Assembly (NCBI GenBank): GCA_045863235.1
Contig: BTUM01000117.1
Location: 1-20,705, forward strand
DNA: 20,705 bases
Source of the DNA: Candidatus Xenobia bacterium
Lineage (GTDB): Bacteria; Vulcanimicrobiota; Xenobia; Xenobiales; QWHO01
Direction: 5' to 3'
Positions within the stretch are counted from its first letter, which is position 1, and the number at the start of each line of letters is the position of its first letter. The notes under the pieces were generated by a model. That model saw only the letters and a list, made by a program, of their open reading frames with translations. It was not told the origin of the DNA and did not search any database. Below, one piece after another: positions 14,674-20,705 of this stretch. A program made the translations under genes and the position numbers.

Positions 14674-16975
14674 CACGCTGGTAGCGGCCGTCCTTGACCT
14701 GAAGCAGGTAGACTTTGCGCAGGTCGCTCCGGCTGCTCAGAGCGAACCTGCCGCTCACCCCATCGTAAGGCGGGCGGTCGTTCCCGATGGAGGCCAGGTA
14801 GTTGCGCGCCGCCAGGCGCTGCATGCGGATGCGTATCAGGGGCTGACCCTCGGCCGGGGCCTGCAGCGCTGCACCCAGGGCGTCGAAGAGCAGCATGGCG
14901 GCGTCATAAGAGCCGGCATCCACGTGGGAAGGCTCGCGCTCGCCGAAGATTTGATGGTATTCGTCCACGTACTTGCGCACCGCCGGACTGTCCTGGTCGG
15001 GCAGGAAGTAGCCTGAGAGCAGAAGGCCTTCCACGTCGGCGCCTCCCTGCTCGATCAGGTCGGGGCTGAAGGGGATCACCTGAGCGGCCAGGGGGATCTT
15101 GAGACCGGATTTCTTGAGGGCGTTGGCCAGCTGGGCTACCGGCAGACCTCGGAATTCGGAGGCCAGCACAAACTCGGCCCCCTGATCGGCCAGCTGGGCC
15201 ACCTGGTTGCTGAAGTCCTGGGTGTTGTCGTCGTAGCTGGCTCGCGCCACGATCTTGCCGCCCTTCTTTGTGAAGGCCTGCTCGAAGGCCCGAGCCATCG
15301 AGCCGGAGAGCAGGTTGTCCTCGTTGACCACCAGCGCCCCTCGGGTGAAGCCCTGGCTGGCGAAGTGGTCGGCCAGGGCCTGCAGACGGGGGTCATTGGA
15401 GTCGGAGGCGGTGAAGAGGAAGGGCCCGGCCTCCCAAACCCGGGGGTCGGAGGCGGAGGGAGCCAGGTCGGGCAATCCAGCGTCGTTGAACAGGGGGGCC
15501 GCGGCCAGCACGCGCTGCGAGCTGAAGGGACCGAAACAGACGAGATAGCGCGGGTCGCGGGTGATCTTCTGGGCCTCGAGCAGGGCCTGGTTGGTTTGGG
15601 AGCGATCGTCATAGAGGTCGATCACCACCTGACGTCCGTCCACTCCGCCCCGCAGGTTGATGTTGGCCTGAGCCTGGGCCAGCCCGTAGAGAACGGCCCG
15701 GCCTTCGGGGGCATCAGCCCCCTCCAGCGAGACCAGGGCAGGAACCCGCACGATGCCGGATTCTTCCGGGCCGGGACGAAGCAGCAGGGCATAGGCATTC
15801 TGCTTGAGGATATGGGCCTCGGCGTCCTCGGGGTTGCGGGTCACCAGGGTGTCCAGCATGGCCGCTGCGGCCCGCAAGGATTCCGGCGTTCCCTGGGCGA
15901 TCAGCTCGCGACCCCGGGACTTGTCGGCCAGCACCTCGGCCGTGCTGGTGGCGGTCGGCGTGAGCGTGCGACCGGGGCCGGGGGCGCTCGGGCCGCTCAG
16001 GCCCAGACCCGCGGCCACCACGAAGGAAAGGGTGGAAACCGCCAACAGGGCCGGCAGCCAGACCGGAGGGCGAGCGGGCGGTCGCGAGGGGGTCTTGCGC
16101 CTGGGCGGGAGGGGTGGGGCGGGAGGCGGCGCCGGCCGGCTCGGAGTCGGCCGTGGCTCGGGAGGAGCCATCTTGGGGTCGGAGAGGAGAAGCAACAGAT
16201 CCCGAATCAACTCGCCGGCGCTGGCGTAGCGCAGGGCCGGGTCGGGCTGCATGCACTTGAGCACCAGATCCTCGGTGCGCGCGTCGATGTCACTGCGATG
16301 GGGCTTGAGGCGGTGGCTGCCGTAGACAGGCGAGGGCGGCTTCCCGGTCAAGATGAAGTAAATGGTGGCCCCCAGCGAGTAGAGGTCGGAGCGCTCGTCC
16401 ACCCGGTCTTCCCACTGCTCGGGAGGAGCGTAGCCCACCGAGCCCGAGGGCTGGGTGTCGCGGCGGCCTGAGTCGGGGTCGAAGTGACGCGCCAGGCCGA
16501 AGTCGATCAGCTTGAGATGGCGCTCCTCGGTGACCATGATGTTCTCGGGCTTGAGGTCGCGAAAGATGATGGGAGGGGACTGGCTGTGCAGGTAGTCGAG
16601 CACCCGGCCCAGCTCCAGCGCCCAGCGCAGGGCCTGGGCCTCGGGGGCAGGCCCATCCTTCTCGATCAGGGCAGCCAGGGTGGGTCCATCCACGAACTCC
16701 ATGACCAGAAACTGGCTGGGGGCCTCGAAGAAGTAGTCCACGATCAGGGGCAGGTTGCGATGGCGCAAGCGCGCCAGCATGCTGGCCTCGCGCTCGAAGC
16801 GAGTGCGCGCACTCTGCAACTGGGTGCTGTCCTTGCACACCAGCTCTTTGATGGCCCACTGCTTGCCTGCCAGGCGCGAGTCCTGACTGAGGTAGACGGC
16901 CCCCGAGCCGCCCCGGCCCAGGCTTCGCTCGATGCGATAGCGGTCTTGCAGCACCGTGCCAGGCTTCAAGGCCAT
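14660..16975 (-). CDS. Hanks-type Ser/Thr kinase with TM and extracytoplasmic LivJ-like (Peripla_BP_6) ligand-binding domain
   Basis: LGRGGSGAVY, WAIKE, FRDLKPEN, DFG, YAPPEQ, SDLYSLG; Pro-rich linker, TM, then GLAQAQ..IN..GGV.GR, YDD, GPFSS, DFSNQV, SYDA. Confidence 0.9.
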   Translation of the reverse strand: MALKPGTVLQDRYRIERSLGRGGSGAVYLSQDSRLAGKQWAIKELVCKDSTQLQSARTRFEREASMLARLRHRNLPLIVDYFFEAPSQFLVMEFVDGPTLAALIEKDGPAPEAQALRWALELGRVLDYLHSQSPPIIFRDLKPENIMVTEERHLKLIDFGLARHFDPDSGRRDTQPSGSVGYAPPEQWEDRVDERSDLYSLGATIYFILTGKPPSPVYGSHRLKPHRSDIDARTEDLVLKCMQPDPALRYASAGELIRDLLLLLSDPKMAPPEPRPTPSRPAPPPAPPLPPRRKTPSRPPARPPVWLPALLAVSTLSFVVAAGLGLSGPSAPGPGRTLTPTATSTAEVLADKSRGRELIAQGTPESLRAAAAMLDTLVTRNPEDAEAHILKQNAYALLLRPGPEESGIVRVPALVSLEGADAPEGRAVLYGLAQAQANINLRGGVDGRQVVIDLYDDRSQTNQALLEAQKITRDPRYLVCFGPFSSQRVLAAAPLFNDAGLPDLAPSASDPRVWEAGPFLFTASDSNDPRLQALADHFASQGFTRGALVVNEDNLLSGSMARAFEQAFTKKGGKIVARASYDDNTQDFSNQVAQLADQGAEFVLASEFRGLPVAQLANALKKSGLKIPLAAQVIPFSPDLIEQGGADVEGLLLSGYFLPDQDSPAVRKYVDEYHQIFGEREPSHVDAGSYDAAMLLFDALGAALQAPAEGQPLIRIRMQRLAARNYLASIGNDRPPYDGVSGRFALSSRSDLRKVYLLQVKDGRYQRVNAP

Positions 16976-16978
16976 GGT

Positions 16979-18292
16979 CTAGTTTTCGGGTGCCTGAATG
17001 GGCAGGGTGATGGTGAACTTGGCTCCGCCTGCGTCGGAGGTGCCGGCCACGATGTCGCCCGAGTGTTTGCGGGTGACCTCCTTGCAGATGGCCAGTCCCA
17101 GGCCGGTCCCCTTGCCGATCTCCTTGGTGGTGTAGAAAGGCTGGAAAATCTTCGACTGCACCTCCGAGGGGATGCCCGGACCGTTGTCCCAAACCTCCAC
17201 CAGGATCTGCCCGTTCTGGGTGCCGGTGCGGATGTCCACCGTGGGCTGGTAGGTCTTGGAGCTGAGCAGCGCGTCGCGGGCGTTCACCAGCAGGTTGTTG
17301 AACACATGGGCCCACTGGGTGGAGTTGGCCCGCACGGTGGGCAGCGGGTGCAGGTCGAGCTTGACCCGGATCCCGTCCTGGTTGAGGCTCTCTTTGAGCA
17401 ACTCGACCGAGTTCTCGATGACCCGGTTGAGATCGAGCTCAGAGCGCACGAAGCGCGAGAAAGTCAGCCCCTGCTCGGCCTCCAGCGGGCCGCGCGAGTA
17501 GATGAGCAGCTTTTCGATGATGGCCTTGCACTTCTCCACGGCCTCGCGCATGATCTCGAGCCGCCGGGCCACCTGGGGCTCTGCCTGGGTGCGTGACAAA
17601 CTGCCCACCATGGCCAGCACGGCTCCCAGGGGGGTGTTCAGCTCGTGGGCCACCCCGGCGGCCAGTCGGCCCACCCCGGCCAGGTGGCTCTCCTCGGCCA
17701 TCTCGGCCTGGAGCGAGGCGATCTCCTCCTTGGCACGGGCCAGTGCTCCCTCGCCTCCAAAGCGGGGTGCCAGCAGGGCCGCAGCCAGGGCGGCCGTCTC
17801 CATCAGCCGGCGCTGCCGGTCGCTGGGACGTTTGTCTTGATCCCACACGGCCAGCAGGGCTCCTCCGGTCTGCTGGCCGGGGGAGACGGGCACGGCCAGC
17901 AGGCAGCGCCCGCGCTGGACGGCCTCGGAGGGCTCGCCCGAGTCCCAGGCCTGGCTCAGCAGGTCACGCACCACCCCGGGGCCGGTCTCCTCAGCGCTGC
18001 GCCCGGCCTGGGCGGCTCGTCGGAAGCCGCTCTCCTCCTGACCGGGCTGGAGATACAACGTGGCGCCGCTGGCCCCGGTCTCGTGCAGGATCTGCTCACA
18101 CAAGGAGCGGCTCTGGGCGTTGAAGTCGTCCCCCTCGGTCACGCCGTGCATCAGTCCCAGCACGCCCTGCAAGAAATTCTCGCGCTGGCGCAGATAGAAG
18201 AAGGAGGCCCAGGCCGCCCCCAGCGCCAATGCGGTGGCCGCAAACCACAGGATATAGAGCCAGTTGGGGGTCACCGCGCCGCCGTCCACCAT
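16979..18292 (-). CDS. Sensor histidine kinase (TM, GAF-like, HisKA, HATPase; NtrB-like class)
   Basis: H-box AHELNTPL, N-box NLLVNARDA, DNGPGI, FQPFYTTK, GTGLGL. Confidence 0.92.
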   Translation of the reverse strand: MVDGGAVTPNWLYILWFAATALALGAAWASFFYLRQRENFLQGVLGLMHGVTEGDDFNAQSRSLCEQILHETGASGATLYLQPGQEESGFRRAAQAGRSAEETGPGVVRDLLSQAWDSGEPSEAVQRGRCLLAVPVSPGQQTGGALLAVWDQDKRPSDRQRRLMETAALAAALLAPRFGGEGALARAKEEIASLQAEMAEESHLAGVGRLAAGVAHELNTPLGAVLAMVGSLSRTQAEPQVARRLEIMREAVEKCKAIIEKLLIYSRGPLEAEQGLTFSRFVRSELDLNRVIENSVELLKESLNQDGIRVKLDLHPLPTVRANSTQWAHVFNNLLVNARDALLSSKTYQPTVDIRTGTQNGQILVEVWDNGPGIPSEVQSKIFQPFYTTKEIGKGTGLGLAICKEVTRKHSGDIVAGTSDAGGAKFTITLPIQAPEN

Positions 18293-18412
18293 CCGAAGGG
18301 TTTGTTGCGCTCTCGAATGGATCCTGCGTCACGTTGTTTCAGCTCATGAGTGAGCAGGGGCAACGGCGGGTTACCGGTTCCGTGCGCGTAACGTTCAAGA
18401 GGATTCTACAGC

Positions 18413-18535
18413 TGCGCGCACTGATGTCCGGACATGATCGGCGCGCGCAACTTGAGGATGACGAAGTGCAAGACCAACGGTCTTGCACTTTACAACGCGC
18501 TGGAACGCAGTTCCGGCGCGTTCGTCAGATTGTGC
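18413..18535. other. Cluster of strong inverted repeats (candidate structured RNA or palindromic DNA element)
   Basis: Perfect 12-bp IR 18464-18490, 13-bp IR 18494-18522, enclosing TGACG/CGTCA stem, and a further hairpin at 18413-18449. Confidence 0.55.
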
Positions 18536-18562
18536 TAGCCCGAAACCCCGAGGGTCCGCAGT

Positions 18563-19573
18563 TCACTTCAGGCCGGCCATCTGGGCGGCCAGGTCGAGCA
18601 CGCGCTGGCCTTGCGGCCCGGAAAAGCCGGTGCCCACCACCAGGCTGGCCACCACGGCGGCCGCCTCCTGCTCGCGCCGCGAGCGCTCCTTGGCCACGCT
18701 GCGCTGGAAGGTCGAGATGTTGGGGAGGGTGCCGTCCTCCAGAGCTTCGGGGCCGGTCACGCCGTTTGCCCGTGCCAAGGAGGCGAAGATCTTGTTGTAG
18801 TTCGGGTTACCCGCATCGTTGTAGAACAGCTCCTGGGGCACCTGGCGCAAGAAGGCGGCCAGGCCGCCGGTCTGCTCGGTGACGCTGGGGAAGAGCCCCA
18901 CCAGCTCGCGCTCAGGGTTCTCGACCACCTGGGCGGTGACGGTGTAGGGGGTCACGCTGCTCTGGCTCTGCTCGACCGAGGTGAAGGAGCCGTTCTGGGG
19001 GTCAAAGGCCAGGCTGCCCTGAACCGGGCTTTGCTCGGTAGCCACGCCGCTGTAGGAGCGGATATCCTGCTCCAGGGTGCGCTGCACCGCCACGTTGATG
19101 GCGCTCTCGAGGCGCAGCTGGGGCTGCATCAAGAAGATCTGCGAGTTCAGGTCGCAGTCGCGGTTGGCTCGCTCCTTGGCCACGGCGCGCTGGAAGGTGG
19201 ACAGGTTGGGCAGACGGCCGTCCTCGAGCGAGTCGGGGAAGGTGGCCCACGACTGGCGAGCCAGATCGGCCAGCACACCGTTGTAGTTCGGCTCGCCGCC
19301 CAGGCCGTAGAATCGCTCATCGCTCACACCCCTGAGCCAGGCGGATACGCCGCCGGCTTCGTCCTGGGCGGCCGGCACGTTACCCAGCTCGCGTCCCGCC
19401 TTGACCGGATCGCCAATGACCGCGAAGGTTTGTTGGAACGGCTGGGCCGCGCTGACGGTCACCTCGTCCTGGCTGTGCAGGGCCACGTCGCCATTGTCGC
19501 GGATGCGCCCTTTGCTCACGCTCTGGGTGTGGTTGGTATGCTGAACTCCGGTAAGCTGGACGATGCCGTTCAT
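18563..19573 (-). CDS. Hypothetical protein with two internal 65-aa repeats (336 aa)
   Basis: AGGGGG RBS before ATG 19573; ungapped repeats at 19160-19354 and 18674-18868. Confidence 0.82.
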   Translation of the reverse strand: MNGIVQLTGVQHTNHTQSVSKGRIRDNGDVALHSQDEVTVSAAQPFQQTFAVIGDPVKAGRELGNVPAAQDEAGGVSAWLRGVSDERFYGLGGEPNYNGVLADLARQSWATFPDSLEDGRLPNLSTFQRAVAKERANRDCDLNSQIFLMQPQLRLESAINVAVQRTLEQDIRSYSGVATEQSPVQGSLAFDPQNGSFTSVEQSQSSVTPYTVTAQVVENPERELVGLFPSVTEQTGGLAAFLRQVPQELFYNDAGNPNYNKIFASLARANGVTGPEALEDGTLPNISTFQRSVAKERSRREQEAAAVVASLVVGTGFSGPQGQRVLDLAAQMAGLK

Positions 19574-19695
19574 GAGTGCTGTCCCCCTGTCGTTTTCTGG
19601 TCTGTAGGGACAGTCTATCGGGGGGGGCTCAAAGGGACATGAAACACCTGGTCTACGCCTTCCCGGATCGGCAGCCTGTCGGCCGTCCCGAGGGC

Positions 19696-20073
19696 TCAGT
19701 CGCTCTCCAGGCTGAGCTCTTGGCTTCGGTGCAGGCGGCTGCAAAGGCAGGCAGGATGGGCGAGCCAGTGCTGCGAGCTTTCCCCCTTCTGATGGCCGAC
19801 CTCGACGTAACCCTCCTTCCGATCGACCGTCAGACATTCCCCACAGAAACAACAGGTTGCTTGCAGGGGCCAGGTCTCGAGATCGTCCCGCACCTCGAGG
19901 AATACCGGATTGCGTGGCTTTCCGAGGTCGGACAGCTCATCATACTGGAAGGCCACGATCGCCCCAACAGGCGCCTTGGTTGCTTCAATCCTGAGCGCAA
20001 AGCGTTTGCCGTCAGCCAACTGCACCAATCGGTCCTGGCCCGCTGAGCCGACCACCTGTGCATAACCCGTCAA
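19696..20073 (-). CDS. Small protein: DNA ligase OB-like domain plus C-terminal Cys/His zinc finger (125 aa)
   Basis: PVGAIVAFQYDELSDLGKPRNPVFLEVRDD resembles the ATP-dependent ligase C-terminal OB motif; CCFC...HPAC. TTG start overlaps the upstream TGA. Confidence 0.65.
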   Translation of the reverse strand: MTGYAQVVGSAGQDRLVQLADGKRFALRIEATKAPVGAIVAFQYDELSDLGKPRNPVFLEVRDDLETWPLQATCCFCGECLTVDRKEGYVEVGHQKGESSQHWLAHPACLCSRLHRSQELSLESD

Positions 20074-20483
20074 GCGAGCCGCTCGTCGGTCTTGCCCCGG
20101 AAGCGGGGCAGGCCGTCCTGGCAGTCGAGCCACGGTACGCGCTCTTCGTAGCTCACATGGCTGTCAGGGGCCCGGTCCAGGGGAGCGTCCAGGGAGGCCA
20201 CGGTCACGTAGACCTTGCCCGGGGTCTTTTGATGGCGGTAAAAGAGCTGGCTGCCGCAGTTGCGGCAGAAGAGCCAGGAGACGTCGGGCGAGGAGTTGTA
20301 AGTCCCCAGGTCGGCCTTCATCACCTGGAGCTGGGGTTCGCTCACTGCCGTCCAGGTCACCAGGGCCGCCCCGTGTGACTTGCGGCAGCTCTGGCAGTGG
20401 CAATGGCTGCTGAACTCGGTGGGTGGGATGAGCTGGAAGCGGTTGGCGCCGCACAGGCAGCTTCCCGGAATGGGCTCGCTCAT
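20070..20483 (-). CDS. GFA/CENP-V family zinc-binding protein (137 aa)
   Basis: GSCLCG, HCHCQSCRK..GA, FCRNCGSQLF, H......VPW. Confidence 0.92.
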   Translation of the reverse strand: MSEPIPGSCLCGANRFQLIPPTEFSSHCHCQSCRKSHGAALVTWTAVSEPQLQVMKADLGTYNSSPDVSWLFCRNCGSQLFYRHQKTPGKVYVTVASLDAPLDRAPDSHVSYEERVPWLDCQDGLPRFRGKTDERLA

Positions 20484-20571
20484 GTCCGCTCGATTCGACA
20501 CCCCGCATGACCCCCTTCCGAATGCACCGGGTTCACCCGAGCTGTCAACTGTCAACTTCGATGCTCCCCCC

Positions 20572-20605
20572 AGAAAGAAGAAGGGCCCCATCTCTGGAGC
20601 CCTTC
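20572..20605 (-). terminator. Rho-independent terminator downstream of 5S rRNA
   Basis: Minus strand GAAGGGCTCCA-GAGA-TGGGGCCCTTC-TTCTTTCT: 11-bp stem, GNRA loop, pyrimidine tail. Confidence 0.75.
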
Positions 20606-20659
20606 AAGTTTCAAACTCCGCTCGCAGCTTCGCTGCGCGCCTCGCTTGCCAAAAATATC

Positions 20660-20705
20660 CCCGGCGGTGACCTACTCTCCCACCCGGTCGCCCGGGCAGT
20701 ACCAT
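20660..20705 (-). rRNA. rrf: 5S rRNA, 3' part (truncated by window edge)
   Basis: Reverse complement ATGGTACTGCCCGGGCGACCGGGTGGGAGAGTAGGTCACCGCCGG matches the conserved 5S 3' half. Confidence 0.95.

Noticed and set aside
15365..17596. Long + strand ORFs 15365..16471 and 16484..17596
   Set aside because: Antisense shadows of the STK and HK genes.
18413..18535. Retron msr-msd or IS200/IS605 end interpretation of the hairpins
   Set aside because: No reverse transcriptase, TnpA or TnpB in the window.
19576..20046. 156-aa + strand ORF
   Set aside because: No RBS or motifs; the opposite-strand ORF has recognisable OB/Zn motifs and translational coupling.
20542..20555. Tandem TTGACAG x2 on the minus strand as the GFA promoter
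   Set aside because: No credible -10 element 16-18 nt downstream of either copy.

Overview
GC-rich, densely coding bacterial chromosomal window with no intact mobile element or CRISPR array. Left to right: (1) a decayed DUF6036-like nucleotidyltransferase remnant, a zinc-ribbon protein and a small Met/Gln-rich protein with its own terminator; (2) a minus-strand coupled operon: DUF3299, TonB-like, flavin amine oxidase, DUF6929-like; (3) divergent from it, a Zrg-like metal ABC module (ATPase, FtsX/MacB-type permease, His-rich lipoprotein) joined to a PilH/PilI/PilG(Xap)-like ABC-2/TPR module containing a second His-rich protein; (4) a CxxC peptide, a small DMT transporter and xseB-ispA-dxs-like; (5) a GGDEF protein converging on a histidine kinase plus a Ser/Thr kinase with a LivJ-like sensor; (6) a hairpin-rich intergenic region, a two-repeat hypothetical protein, a ligase-OB/Zn-finger mini protein, a GFA protein and the 3' end of a 5S rRNA with terminator. 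Most notable: the intact dxs-like ORF has lost nearly all ThDP-binding and catalytic motifs (probable pseudoenzyme), and the neighbouring IspA lacks the post-SARM GK loop. Two intergenic regions (5079-5210, 18413-18535) look like structured RNA or DNA elements. All family calls are by-eye motif recognition, not database searches.
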